The notes under the pieces are model-generated. The model made no database searches and had not been told where the DNA came from. It was given only the letters and a program-made list of their open reading frames with translations. Source: an uncultured Gemmatimonadaceae bacterium (GTDB lineage Bacteria; Gemmatimonadota; Gemmatimonadetes; Gemmatimonadales; Gemmatimonadaceae). From it: 64,000 bases of DNA. Each line of letters begins with the position of its first letter. Positions within the stretch are counted from its first letter, which is position 1. The stretch covers positions 448,001-512,000 of the forward strand of contig CAWAGQ010000004.1 of the NCBI GenBank assembly GCA_963781585.1, given 5' to 3'. The translations under genes were made by a program, and so were the position numbers. Below, piece after piece: positions 21,128 to 32,430 of this stretch.

Positions 21128-21156
21128 TTGACGCCCACCCAGAGAGGGGCTACCAT
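21128..21156 (+). promoter_or_regulatory. Sigma70-type promoter of groESL
   Basis: TTGACG-N17-TACCAT immediately before CIRCE. Confidence 0.75.
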
Positions 21157-21164
21157 TAGGGCTG

Positions 21165-21191
21165 CTAGCACTCTCATATGGTGAGTGCTAA
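21165..21191 (+). promoter_or_regulatory. CIRCE element (HrcA operator)
   Basis: CTAGCACTC-N9-GAGTGCTAA, one mismatch to TTAGCACTC-N9-GAGTGCTAA. Confidence 0.95.
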
Positions 21192-21236
21192 CAAGCTTGT
21201 TTCCATCACGTTCCCATTGCAGGAGGGGTGCAGCTT

Positions 21237-21545
21237 ATGGCAACCAAAAGTGCGGTAGCGACGAAGATGACGCCGCTGGCCGACCGGGTCGTCGTCAAGG
21301 CGCTCGAGGAAACCGAGACCATGCGCGGCGGTTTGTACATCCCGGACACCGCGAAGGAAAAGCCGCAGCAGGGCGAGATCGTGGCCGTTGGACCAGGACG
21401 CACCGAAGATGGCAAGCGCGTGCCCATGGAAGTGAAGGTCGGTGACAAGGTGCTCTATGGAAAGTACTCCGGCACGGAGGTCACCGTTGATGGCGATCAA
21501 TACCTCATTCTGCGCGAGAGCGACGTGCTCGCGGTGATTCTGTAG
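21237..21545 (+). CDS. groES: Co-chaperonin GroES
   Basis: [44 protein letters not shown]. Confidence 0.98.
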   Translation: MATKSAVATKMTPLADRVVVKALEETETMRGGLYIPDTAKEKPQQGEIVAVGPGRTEDGKRVPMEVKVGDKVLYGKYSGTEVTVDGDQYLILRESDVLAVIL

Positions 21546-21651
21546 CGCCGCGCGGCGAGAGCGCTCGGCGCGTTTTGTGTCGATCGCCACGCCGGTGCCG
21601 GCAGTTCGCGCTCTGCGTCGAACCGACCCCAAACTTTTCCCGGATTACTGA

Positions 21652-23283
<1,632 letters not shown>

Positions 23284-23285
23284 TC

Positions 23286-23347
23286 GAAGGCCAAAGGCCA
23301 AAGCCATAGGTAAAAGGCCAAAGGCCAAAGGCCAAAGGCCAAAGGCT
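23286..23347 (+). repeat. Tandem heptamer repeat (AAAGGCC)n
   Basis: Five exact plus several degenerate AAAGGCC units right after the groEL stop. Confidence 0.85.
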
Positions 23348-23356
23348 CTGCAGTCC

Positions 23357-23386
23357 GAGGGGCCCCGGGAAATTCCGGGGCCCTTC
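23357..23386 (+). terminator. GC-rich hairpin after groEL
   Basis: GAGGGGCCCCGG-GAAATT-CCGGGGCCCTTC; weak U tail. Confidence 0.7.
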
Positions 23387-23444
23387 GCGTTGGCGGGAGG
23401 CCATGCGACCCAGTTGCGTCTGGAGGCCCCTTGCCTCGGGCCAT

Positions 23445-23477
23445 GGTCTCAGGACTCCGGCCTCTGGACTCCGGCCC
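23445..23477 (+). repeat. Short heptamer array (GGNCTCN)
   Basis: GGTCTCA GGACTCC GGCCTCT GGACTCC GGCCC. Confidence 0.55.
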
Positions 23478-23540
23478 ACCCTTGCCACCCCCCAACCCTT
23501 TTCCTTATTACAGACTCTAAATAGAGACTCTGGAGGTGCG

Positions 23541-23882
23541 ATGGCAGCCGCGATGTCGGTGGTGAAGGGCACGCTCGACGTGCTGGTGCTCAAGGCCCTG
23601 AGCTGGACTCCCATGCACGGGTTCGAAATCACGACCTGGCTCGAGGGGCGCTCAGACGGAGCCCTCGGGATCGAAGACTCCGCGCTCTATCAGGCCCTCT
23701 ATCGGCTGGAGGAGCGCGGATTCGTCGCAGCCGAGTGGGGTGTCACCGAGAAGAACCGCCGCGCGCGCTACTACCGGCTCACCCCCGCCGGGCGCGCGCA
23801 CCTCAAGGCGCAGACGGCGCAGTGGGTCCGCTACTCCCGGACCGTCACCGGCATTCTCACCTCAGCGGCGAGCAGCACGTGA
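23541..23882 (+). CDS. PadR-family transcriptional regulator (acidobacterial subtype)
   Basis: GTLDVLVLKAL, HGFEI, ALYQALYRLE, WG.TEKNRRARYY.LT; GGAGG RBS. Confidence 0.93.
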   Translation: MAAAMSVVKGTLDVLVLKALSWTPMHGFEITTWLEGRSDGALGIEDSALYQALYRLEERGFVAAEWGVTEKNRRARYYRLTPAGRAHLKAQTAQWVRYSRTVTGILTSAASST

Positions 23883-26617
23883 CAGAAAGGCGACCAGCGG
23901 TCAGGCCGGGCATCCGGCGCCTCTTCCGTCTTGCACTCCGACGCCGGGATCAGGTGGTTCGTGATGTCGACGAAGAGATCCGGCTGCACATCGAATTGCG
24001 GGCCGAGCAGCTCATTCAAGAAGGCGTGTCCCCAGCGGCGGCCCGCGAGGAGGCCGAGCGACGATTCGGAGCGGCGGAGAGTGCCCGTGACCACTTGCAT
24101 CGCGTCGCCCGGCGGCGCGAGCGCGCGCTGGGGGTGCGGGAACGCGTCGGCGCGATCGTCGACGATGCGCGCCACGCGGCGCGCGGACTTCGCCGCGACG
24201 GCGCGTTCAGCGCATTCGCGGTGGGCAGTCTGGCGCTCGGCATCGGTGCCAGCGCGGCGACCTACGGCATCGTGGACCGGCTCCTGCTCCGCGGTCCCGA
24301 GCATGTGCGCAACGCGGAGCGCGTGGTGCGTGTCGTGCTGACGGCGAGGCGCGAGGGCTTCGGCGAGGTCAGGACCGGCGACTTCGGATACGTCATGTAC
24401 GATCATCTTCGCCGCGCCGCGCGACTGTTCGACGGCTTCGCCGGCTACGCGATGGAATCGGAGCCAATGGGGCGGGGATCTGCCATTCGCCCCATCGCCG
24501 CGGGGTACGCCACCGCCGATTTCTTCCCGCTGCTTGGCGTGTCCCCCCAGCGCGGCCGGTTCTTCACCGCCGACGAGGACCGGTCCAGCGGGGCGCAGCG
24601 AGTGACGGTACTCGGAGATGCCTTGTGGCGTGTCCAGTTCGGCGCGGACTCGAATGTCGTCGGGAAGACGATCACGATCGGCGGCGAGCCCTTCACCGTG
24701 ATCGGGGTGGCGCCTCGCGGCTTCAGCGGGGTCGACCTCTCGCGCGTGGACGCGTGGCTTCCGATGACGCTGAAGAGCAGCAACACCACCAGCGACTGGA
24801 CCCACAGCTGGGCTGCGGAGTGGATGCGTATCGTCGGACGCGTGCGCCCGGGCGTTTCGCTCGAGGACGCGAGTCGCGACGCGACCGAGGCGCATCGGAA
24901 CACCTACGATGGCGCCTCGGCGGTGCTGGCGCAGGCGCGGCTCGCCGTGGTGCCGGTGCTCTATACGCCGCAGGGGCGCGAGTCCACCCAGAGCACCGTG
25001 GCGCGGTGGCTGATGGGCGTCACGCTCATCGTCCTGCTGATCGCCTGCGTGAACGTGGCGAATCTGCTGGTGGCGCGCACCATCCGGCGGCGGCGCGAGG
25101 TCGCGGTCCGTCTTGCGTTAGGCGTGAGTCGCTGGCGGTTGGGGCGTTTCTTCGTCATCGAGAGTCTGGTCCTGTCGGTGGCCGGCGGGGTGGCCGCGCT
25201 GGGGGTGGCGGCGCTGATCACGGTGCTGGTCCGCGCGTCCCTCCTGGCCGGAGTCGAGTGGACGTCATCCGTGGTGAGCTGGCGCGTGTTCGCGGCAGCC
25301 ATGCTGACGGCCATGGCCTCGGGGCTGGTGGTCGGCGTGGCGCCGGCGATCAGTGCTGCCCGCCGTTCGCTGCAGGGCGCTCTCAGGGCGGGGGCGCGCG
25401 ACGGTGGTGGCCGTCGCCTGCGGCTCAGTATCTGGCCCACCGTGGCGCAGTCCGCGCTCTCGGCGGCATTGCTCATCGCTGCCGGCCTGTTCGTGCGCAG
25501 CCTGGCCCGGGCGCACGCGGTTCCTCTGGGATTCGATGCCGAGCGGGTGCTGTCGGTGCAGCCGAACTTCCAGCCGGTCCCCGCCAACGCGAATGCGACC
25601 ACCAGAGCGGCGGTGCGTGAGGCGCGCATCGCCACCATGCGCCGCGCGCTCCAGAAGGTGCGCACCCTGCCGGGCGTGGAGCACGCGAGCCTGGCGGTGG
25701 GGTCGCCGTTCGGCTACGCCTTTTCGATCTCGCTCTTCCTCCCCGGTGGCGACAGCGTCGCCGCCCTGGAAGGCGGAGGGCCCTACATCAGCGCCGTATC
25801 AGATGGGTACTTCGAAACGGTGGGCACTCGCCTCATTCGCGGCCGCACGTTCGCGGCCTCGGACGGGCCTGGATCCGAGCCGGTGGCCATCGTCAACACG
25901 ACCATGGCAAAGCTGCTCTGGTCGCACGACGACCCGCTCGGCAAGTGCCTCATCGTGGGGTCGCCGACGGCACCCTGTGCGCGTGTGGTCGGCATCGTGG
26001 AAGACGCGCATCGGGAGACCCTGCATGAACCGCCCGCGATGCAGTACTACATCCCGTTCGGTCAGGAGCGCGGGTTCGGCGGCACCGTGGCGCTCGTCCG
26101 TCCGCGGGGACGTCTCAGCGCCCTCGTCATTCCGCTGCGCCGGAATCTGGCAGGTCTGGACGGGCTGCTGGAGTCGGTGAATGTCGTTCCCTTGGAGGAG
26201 CATTTCGACGCTCTGGTGCGTCCGTGGCGGCTGGGTGCGACGATGTTCAGCCTTGGCGGCGTGCTCGCCCTGCTGGTCGCGGGGCTGGGTCTGTACAGCG
26301 TGCTCTCCTACCTGGTGGTGCAGCGCACGCACGAGATCGGCGTTCGCATGGCGTTAGGCGCCAGCGGTCGTCAGATCATGGCCCTGGTGCTCGGCGAGAG
26401 CCTCGTCACCGCCTCCGTGGGCGTCGCGCTCGGCGTGGCGGCGTCGTGGTACGCGGGTCGCTATCTCGAGGGACTGCTGTTCGAGACCTCGGCGCACGAC
26501 CCCGGCGTCCTGTTTGCCGCGGCGCTGACGCTGCTCGGTGCGGCCACCGCCGCGGCGCTTCTCCCCGCGCTGCGGGCCCGGCGCGTGGATCCTGTGCGGG
26601 CGCTGTCCGCGGAGTAG
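23879..26617 (+). CDS. Duplicated MacB/FtsX-type ABC permease without ATPase (ADOP-like)
   Basis: Permease-prefix DEEIRLHIE...AERRFG; LLIAC.NVANLL, EVAVRLALG, EIGVRMALGA, RVDPVRAL. Confidence 0.92.
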   Translation: MTERRPAVRPGIRRLFRLALRRRDQVVRDVDEEIRLHIELRAEQLIQEGVSPAAAREEAERRFGAAESARDHLHRVARRRERALGVRERVGAIVDDARHAARGLRRDGAFSAFAVGSLALGIGASAATYGIVDRLLLRGPEHVRNAERVVRVVLTARREGFGEVRTGDFGYVMYDHLRRAARLFDGFAGYAMESEPMGRGSAIRPIAAGYATADFFPLLGVSPQRGRFFTADEDRSSGAQRVTVLGDALWRVQFGADSNVVGKTITIGGEPFTVIGVAPRGFSGVDLSRVDAWLPMTLKSSNTTSDWTHSWAAEWMRIVGRVRPGVSLEDASRDATEAHRNTYDGASAVLAQARLAVVPVLYTPQGRESTQSTVARWLMGVTLIVLLIACVNVANLLVARTIRRRREVAVRLALGVSRWRLGRFFVIESLVLSVAGGVAALGVAALITVLVRASLLAGVEWTSSVVSWRVFAAAMLTAMASGLVVGVAPAISAARRSLQGALRAGARDGGGRRLRLSIWPTVAQSALSAALLIAAGLFVRSLARAHAVPLGFDAERVLSVQPNFQPVPANANATTRAAVREARIATMRRALQKVRTLPGVEHASLAVGSPFGYAFSISLFLPGGDSVAALEGGGPYISAVSDGYFETVGTRLIRGRTFAASDGPGSEPVAIVNTTMAKLLWSHDDPLGKCLIVGSPTAPCARVVGIVEDAHRETLHEPPAMQYYIPFGQERGFGGTVALVRPRGRLSALVIPLRRNLAGLDGLLESVNVVPLEEHFDALVRPWRLGATMFSLGGVLALLVAGLGLYSVLSYLVVQRTHEIGVRMALGASGRQIMALVLGESLVTASVGVALGVAASWYAGRYLEGLLFETSAHDPGVLFAAALTLLGAATAAALLPALRARRVDPVRALSAE

Positions 26618-26629
26618 ACCGGGCGGCGA

Positions 26630-28342
26630 TCAGTTCCGCGATGGGAACGGTGCGCCCTGTGGAATCGCCGCTCCGTCGTGCCGCGGTTCCGACGCGCCGA
26701 AATGCACTCCGTCGGGCCGCGACAGCACCGCCTGTCCCCAGCCGAACGTGCCGCTGCGCAGCGGTACGGTGTGGACCTCGTGACCGAGTGCCATCAGCGA
26801 GTCGCGCACCGCCGCCGGGATGAGCGCTTCCACCTGCACGTCGCACCCTGAAAAGCTCCCTTTGGTGAAGCGTCCCGCCTCGAGGGCCTGCTGTATCGTC
26901 ATGCCGTAATCGGCGATGTTGGAGACGAACTGCGCATGCGCCTGGGCCTGATTCCAGCCCCCCATGATCCCGAATCCGATGCGGACGCCGTCCTTCTCCA
27001 TGAATCCGGGGATGATCGTGTGAAGAGGGCGCTTGTGGGGCGCCAGCGTGTTCGGCTGGTCCGGCTGGAGCGTGAACAGGGCACCGCGATTATGCAGCAC
27101 GAATCCGGTGCCGGGCGCAACCAGCCCGGATCCGAACGCCGAGTAGTTGCTCTGGATGAGCGACACGATATTGCCGTCCTTGTCGATCACCGTGAGATAG
27201 ATCGTGTCTCCACCGTGGACGTCCTCGAAACGGGCGATCTCACCGGGTAGCGCGGTGCAGGCCGCGCGCGTCATGTCGATCGCCGCGGCGCGTCGGTCCG
27301 CAAACGGCGCGGCCAGCATCTGCGCCGTGGGGATGGTCGAGAATCTCGGATCGCCCACGTAGTGCAGCATGTCGGAATACGCGAGCTTCTTCGCCTCGAT
27401 CATCACGTGCATCGCACGCGTGCTGTGGAAACCCCATTCGCCAAGCGGATACTTCTCCATGAGGTTGAGCATCATGAGCGCGGCGATCCCCTGGCCGTTC
27501 GGCGGCATCTCGTACACGGTCCACCCGTGATAGGTGGTGTGAATCGGGTCCTGCCACTCGGGCTGGAATCCCCGGAGGTCGGCGGCCGTCATGGTGCCGC
27601 CCAGCTTCCGCGAATAAGCCACGATCGCCTCGGCCGTCGGTCCGGTGTAGAAGCCGTCCCGACCATGTTCGGCGATCCGGCGGAGGCTCTGCGCCAGGTC
27701 GGGATTGCGAAAGACATCACCCTCGCGGGGCGGGTGTCCGCCGGGCAGGTACGTCGCCCTGGCGTTCGGGTCCCCGTTGATTGCGCGTTCTGCGTCGTGC
27801 CACTCCTTGGCGATGACCTCGGTGACCGGAAAACCTGCCTCGGCGTAGTGGATTGCCGGCGCGAGCAGTTCGCTGAATGGCTTGGTACCGAACCGTGACC
27901 GGAGCACGTCCCACCCCGCCACCGCGCCCGGCACGATGACGGAGTAGATACCGTTGTGCGGCATCCGGTCGATATGCCTTGCGGCGAGGAATTCAGGCGT
28001 CAGCCCGGTCGGTGCCCACCCGCCCGAGTTGAGACCGTAGAGTTTTCCGGTCCTCGCCTCATAGACGATGGCGAACAGATCGCCGCCGATGCCGTTCATC
28101 GCCGGTTCCATGAGGCCGATGGCGGCGTTGGCGGCGATGGCGGCATCGACCGCATTGCCTCCGCGCTCGAGAATCTGCGCGCCGGCCTGGGCTGCCAGCG
28201 GCTGACTCGCGGCCACGATGCCGAGTCTGGTGATGACCATCGAGCGGCCGGGAACCGGCAGGGGATTTCCGAGCTGGGCGGCAAGCCACATGGGCGAAAG
28301 GGCGAACGTGAGGGCAAGGGCGATAATCCGGCGACGCTGCAT
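26630..28342 (-). CDS. ggt: Gamma-glutamyltransferase (exported, Ntn-hydrolase)
   Basis: Signal peptide; GGNAVDAAIA, GIGGD, GDTIY autocleavage Thr, KRPLHTIIP, MGG. Confidence 0.93.
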   Translation of the reverse strand: MQRRRIIALALTFALSPMWLAAQLGNPLPVPGRSMVITRLGIVAASQPLAAQAGAQILERGGNAVDAAIAANAAIGLMEPAMNGIGGDLFAIVYEARTGKLYGLNSGGWAPTGLTPEFLAARHIDRMPHNGIYSVIVPGAVAGWDVLRSRFGTKPFSELLAPAIHYAEAGFPVTEVIAKEWHDAERAINGDPNARATYLPGGHPPREGDVFRNPDLAQSLRRIAEHGRDGFYTGPTAEAIVAYSRKLGGTMTAADLRGFQPEWQDPIHTTYHGWTVYEMPPNGQGIAALMMLNLMEKYPLGEWGFHSTRAMHVMIEAKKLAYSDMLHYVGDPRFSTIPTAQMLAAPFADRRAAAIDMTRAACTALPGEIARFEDVHGGDTIYLTVIDKDGNIVSLIQSNYSAFGSGLVAPGTGFVLHNRGALFTLQPDQPNTLAPHKRPLHTIIPGFMEKDGVRIGFGIMGGWNQAQAHAQFVSNIADYGMTIQQALEAGRFTKGSFSGCDVQVEALIPAAVRDSLMALGHEVHTVPLRSGTFGWGQAVLSRPDGVHFGASEPRHDGAAIPQGAPFPSRN

Positions 28343-28516
28343 CACGACCTCTCGGGGAGCGCTGTATCGCCAACGCGCGGCCGCCACTCCGTGTTGGGCG
28401 CGCGATACCAGGAAACCGGGCGCGCTCGTCGGCGTGCACGACTCCCGTGATGGCCCGAGTCGGCAATCCACGCGCTCGGGGCACAGGTCCAGGCGCAGAT
28501 CATGCGGGTGTTCGGC

Positions 28517-29326
28517 CTATAGCGCGAGACTCAATTGACGAGGGCTGCGACTCCGCGCCGAGCTCACACTGATCGGCGCGTCCTGCGCGGCGGCGACGAG
28601 CGTGCCCCGAAAGGCCGATCCGCGGAGGGCGCTCCCCATGGCGCGCAGCGCCGCGGCCGGAGTGTTGTTGTTCTCGCTGAGGTGGCAGAGCACGACATGA
28701 CGCAGCCCGCGATGGGCGCAGGCCCGCGCCATGACGCCCGCATCGGCGTTGCTGAGATGGCCGCGCGGACCAGCGATGCGCTGCTTGACCACCCACGGGT
28801 AGCGGCCGTTCCACAGCATGTCGTCGTCGTGATTGGACTCGAGCAGCAGGATGTCGAGGTCGGCAAAATGAGCCGTGAATCGCGGTGTCGCGTGCCCCAG
28901 ATCGTACACCACGCCGACGCGCACACCGCTGGAGCGCGCGGTTGCCACGAGCGCGAGCGGCTCATCGGCGTCGTGCGGTGTGCGCACGAACTGAACGACG
29001 AAGTCCTCCACCGCAAGTTCGCGGCGTGGTTCGACCGGATGCCTGACGACGCCGCGGCGGCTCGAGAGGGCGACGAGCGTCCCCGCAGACGCGTAGACGG
29101 GCCAGTTCCAGCGTCTCGCAGCGGCCGCGGCACCCGCGATATGATCGCCATGCTCGTGCGATACGATCAAGGCGGAGATTGACTCCGGGGCCACATCGAC
29201 CTGCCGCAAGCGACGCGCCAGGGTCGTCGGCGAGAAGCCGGCATCGATCAGCACGCGACATCGATCGCTCTCCAGCACGACCGCGTTGCCCTTGCTCCCG
29301 GATCCCAGGATGTGTACGCGCGTCAA
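28517..29326 (-). CDS. MBL-fold metallo-hydrolase (WalJ/YycJ-like)
   Basis: LGSGSKGN, SHEHGDH, PHDA, ESNHD, GHLSN, HLSENNN. Confidence 0.9.
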   Translation of the reverse strand: MTRVHILGSGSKGNAVVLESDRCRVLIDAGFSPTTLARRLRQVDVAPESISALIVSHEHGDHIAGAAAAARRWNWPVYASAGTLVALSSRRGVVRHPVEPRRELAVEDFVVQFVRTPHDADEPLALVATARSSGVRVGVVYDLGHATPRFTAHFADLDILLLESNHDDDMLWNGRYPWVVKQRIAGPRGHLSNADAGVMARACAHRGLRHVVLCHLSENNNTPAAALRAMGSALRGSAFRGTLVAAAQDAPISVSSARSRSPRQLSLAL

Positions 29327-29342
29327 TGGAGGATCACCCGGG

Positions 29343-30536
29343 TCAGTCGGTTCTGAGGCGGCGGGCGTAGGCCGCCGTGAGCTGCCGGCGTGTCCGGTCG
29401 CTCAGCACCACGTGCCGGCGCGACATCATGCGCTCGGCGCTTCGCAGGAATCCCTCCAGCGCGAACGTCTCACCTGTCTCCGTCCCCCACGCAAAGGGCG
29501 GCACCATCTTGGGGGTGGTTTCGCCGCCAAATACGTTGGCCCCCGCGCCGATCACGCATCCGGTCGTGAGCCGCGTGCCGATGGCCGTCTTGGCATGGTC
29601 CCCGAACATCGTGCCGAGGAACTGCATCCCCGTTTCCCGTATGCCGTGCGGCGTCCAGAGTGACACCCGGCCGTACGTGTTCTTCAGATTGCTGTTGACG
29701 GTGGAGGCGCCCAGGTTGACCCATCGCCCGAGAACCGAGTGGCCAATGAAGCCGTCATGCGCCTTGTTGGCGTGTCCCGTGAACACGGTTGTGCTCACCT
29801 CCCCGTGCACCCGGCAGTCATCGCCGATCGAGCTGCCGGTGACGATTCCGCTTTTCACGACCGAACGCTCGCCGATCACGCATGGGCCCGCGAGCCGCGT
29901 GAATGCCTGTATCGCGGCGCCACGCCGGACGAGAATCGGGCCGGCGCTCGCATCGAAGACGACGTAGGGCTCGATGCAGACGTCAGGCTCCAGATAGATC
30001 TGGTGGGTGCCTAACGGAGCGAGCGCGGTGGCGGGCTCCAGACCGAGCCGGGAGGCGAGGGCGGGGATGTCGCTCTCGAGCATGGCCCCGAGGTGTTGGA
30101 CAACGTCCCACACCGCTTCGACCCACCACCCCTCGACGTCAACCGCCGCACCGGCCGCGATCGCGTCGAGCGAGTCCGCGGCCTCGAGACTCGCGCGTGG
30201 GATGGCGTCGCGAACGCGCACGGCGGCCACTCGCCCCTGGCACCGCCAGACCGCGACGTCCCGGGGAACTGAGCGCGCGTCCAGAGAGATCGCACAGCGC
30301 GAATTCACGAGGACGCTGCCCGCTGGAATGTCATCACGCAGGATCGCGGGGGCTCCCGGCTCATCGAAATCGGCCAGGTGGTCCGCAGCCACGATCCCGT
30401 CGGTCGTGTCGTCCAGCGCGATCTCCCACCGGCGCCGAAGGACCTCCGCCCCCAGGCGCAGCTCACAGGCGGGGCGGGTGAGCGCGAAGGGCTCGAAATC
30501 GCGCGCGAGGGCGTCGTCGAAGAAGATCAGGCTCAC
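29343..30536 (-). CDS. GlmU-like sugar nucleotidyltransferase / left-handed beta-helix protein
   Basis: PFALTRP..ELR.G N-terminus; NKAHDGFIGHS.LG.WVNLGA...SNLKN; GDHAKTAIG. Confidence 0.85.
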   Translation of the reverse strand: MSLIFFDDALARDFEPFALTRPACELRLGAEVLRRRWEIALDDTTDGIVAADHLADFDEPGAPAILRDDIPAGSVLVNSRCAISLDARSVPRDVAVWRCQGRVAAVRVRDAIPRASLEAADSLDAIAAGAAVDVEGWWVEAVWDVVQHLGAMLESDIPALASRLGLEPATALAPLGTHQIYLEPDVCIEPYVVFDASAGPILVRRGAAIQAFTRLAGPCVIGERSVVKSGIVTGSSIGDDCRVHGEVSTTVFTGHANKAHDGFIGHSVLGRWVNLGASTVNSNLKNTYGRVSLWTPHGIRETGMQFLGTMFGDHAKTAIGTRLTTGCVIGAGANVFGGETTPKMVPPFAWGTETGETFALEGFLRSAERMMSRRHVVLSDRTRRQLTAAYARRLRTD

Positions 30537-31567
30537 GCGGGCCGACCCAGGTGGGAGGGCAGGGCCTCCACCAGCTCCTTCAGATCAGCCGCGCGTTCCA
30601 CCGTCGTTACCAGCGTCACGTCGCCGTGCGCCACCACAACCAGTCCCGACACCCCGAACAGTACGACCTCCGTACCACCGCAGTGCACCACGTTGCCGGT
30701 GGACTTCATCGCGTGGGCCGGGCCGAAGAGCGCGTTTCCCGATCCGTCCAGCACCCTGGTGCGGAGCAGCGCTGCCCAGGTTCCGACGTCGTCCCAGCCG
30801 AAGTCGCCGCGTACCACGGCCACCCGCGCGCTCCGTTCCAGCACGCCGACGTCGACCGACACACTCCTGACGGCGGCGAAGAAGGCTTGTGCGTCGGTGG
30901 GCGACGATGCGAGCGCTACCGCGACCTCGGGTGTACGCGCGTTGACCTCGTCCAGGAAGTCACCGACCCGCCAGACGAAAATGCCGGAATTCCACAGACA
31001 TCCCTCGGCGATCAGTGTAGCGGCGTGCGCGCGGTCTGGTTTCTCGACGAAGGCCGCCACGCGGTGCGCGCCAGCGTCCAGCCGCTCGCCGGGCCGGATG
31101 TATCCAAGGCCCGGGTCGGGCCGACGGGGAACGACGCCGACGGTCACCAACAACCCGCGCTCCGCGGCAACCGAGGCGGCGCGCCTCAGCGTCTCCCGGT
31201 ATCGCTCGGGATCGGAGACCGCCCAGTCGGCGTGCACGCTGATCATTACCGCCTCGGCGCCCTCCCGTGCCTGGATGCGGGACGCTGCCCAGGTGAGGGC
31301 GGCAGCGGTGCCCGCTGGTCGCGGTTCGGCGATCACGTTGTCGCGGGGAATCTGGGGTGCGAGTTCGCGAATCCCCGGGACCAGCGATCCGCTCGTCAGT
31401 ATCAACGTATGGTCGGGGCCCGCCAGGGGCGCCATTCGATGCACGGTGTCGACCAGCAGGGGCTGGTCGCTTACGAGGGGAAGGAATTGCTTGGGTCGCT
31501 CGGGTGTGCTCAGCGGCCAGAAGCGCGAGCCCACGCCCCCGGCCAGGATCACGACCCACACGGTCAC
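30533..31567 (-). CDS. manC: Mannose-1-phosphate guanylyltransferase
   Basis: ILAGGVGSRFWPLS...PKQFL, FVEKP, WNSGIF, WDDVGTW. Confidence 0.9.
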   Translation of the reverse strand: MTVWVVILAGGVGSRFWPLSTPERPKQFLPLVSDQPLLVDTVHRMAPLAGPDHTLILTSGSLVPGIRELAPQIPRDNVIAEPRPAGTAAALTWAASRIQAREGAEAVMISVHADWAVSDPERYRETLRRAASVAAERGLLVTVGVVPRRPDPGLGYIRPGERLDAGAHRVAAFVEKPDRAHAATLIAEGCLWNSGIFVWRVGDFLDEVNARTPEVAVALASSPTDAQAFFAAVRSVSVDVGVLERSARVAVVRGDFGWDDVGTWAALLRTRVLDGSGNALFGPAHAMKSTGNVVHCGGTEVVLFGVSGLVVVAHGDVTLVTTVERAADLKELVEALPSHLGRPA

Positions 31568-31980
31568 GGAGTCAGCCCTTCGAGCCATTCCGCGGAGACG
31601 CCGGTCAGTTCCGCCGCGCGGAGCAGCAGTTTCTTCGGACTGAATGGCTTGGTCATGAATTCGGTCGCGCCCAGCGACATGGCGCGGTCATGCTGCGATT
31701 CCTGCCCGGCGGCTGTGAGAATGACACACGGGATGTCCTTCCATCGGGCATCGTCTCGCATGCAGGCCAGCACATCGAGCCCGGAGAGCCGCGGCATCAT
31801 CAGGTCAAGCAGCACGAGCCGGATGTCCGGATGTTGCTCGAGCGCCACCAGCGCTTCGCTGCCGTCGGCGACCAGGGTGACCTCGAACGGTCCCTGCTCG
31901 AGCTTCATCTGGATGATGCGACCGATATGCCGCTCGTCTTCAGCGACCAGAATGTGGCGCCGGTCGGCGGAAGCCATCAC
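31564..31980 (-). CDS. Single-domain response regulator (receiver)
   Basis: VAEDE, LLDLMMP, ILTA, KPFSP. Confidence 0.92.
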   Translation of the reverse strand: MMASADRRHILVAEDERHIGRIIQMKLEQGPFEVTLVADGSEALVALEQHPDIRLVLLDLMMPRLSGLDVLACMRDDARWKDIPCVILTAAGQESQHDRAMSLGATEFMTKPFSPKKLLLRAAELTGVSAEWLEGLTP

Positions 31981-32330
31981 ACGATTGACGCGATGTTCGC
32001 GCGATGGCGTCGCAATTCGAACAACAGCGAGCCGACGTTGGCGTTCGGGTGTAGCATCACCAGCAACAGCGCGTCGGATGTGAGGGACGACACGAGGACC
32101 ACGCCTCGCTCGAACTCGAGTACGGCGGTGACGAAGCCGCCGCGCGACGCAGCCTGGCCGAAGGCTTCACTGGAAGCGACGATCGCCGGGGCGAGCGCCG
32201 CGAGGTGCTCCCCGTCCAGGTCCTGCGCGGTTCGTCCCTCGATGAGCAGGCCGTCGGCTCCCAATACGACGGCTGCTTCGACGCCCTCGCGTTGTGAGAT
32301 GACTCGAACAAGGTCCCGTATGGTCGGCAT
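31977..32330 (-). CDS. Roadblock/LC7 (MglB-like) domain protein
   Basis: GVEAAVVLGADGLLI, LEFERG, NVGSLLFEL. Confidence 0.85.
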   Translation of the reverse strand: MPTIRDLVRVISQREGVEAAVVLGADGLLIEGRTAQDLDGEHLAALAPAIVASSEAFGQAASRGGFVTAVLEFERGVVLVSSLTSDALLLVMLHPNANVGSLLFELRRHRANIASIV

Positions 32331-32355
32331 CCCGGATCCGGCGTCAATCGTGCGA

Positions 32356-32383
32356 AGCATAACGGGGGACAAAGTGAAGTCAA
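32356..32383 (-). promoter_or_regulatory. Sigma70-type promoter of the roadblock operon
   Basis: TTGACT-N16-TATGCT on the minus strand. Confidence 0.5.
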
Positions 32384-32430
32384 GCAAGCAATCGCTTGAA
32401 GTTACGCAGGTTAGGAGGTTACTCTACGCC

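Noticed and set aside
21545..21575. Hairpin with TTTT between groES and groEL as a terminator
   Set aside because: Imperfect stem with a large loop inside a normally co-transcribed pair; not enough support.
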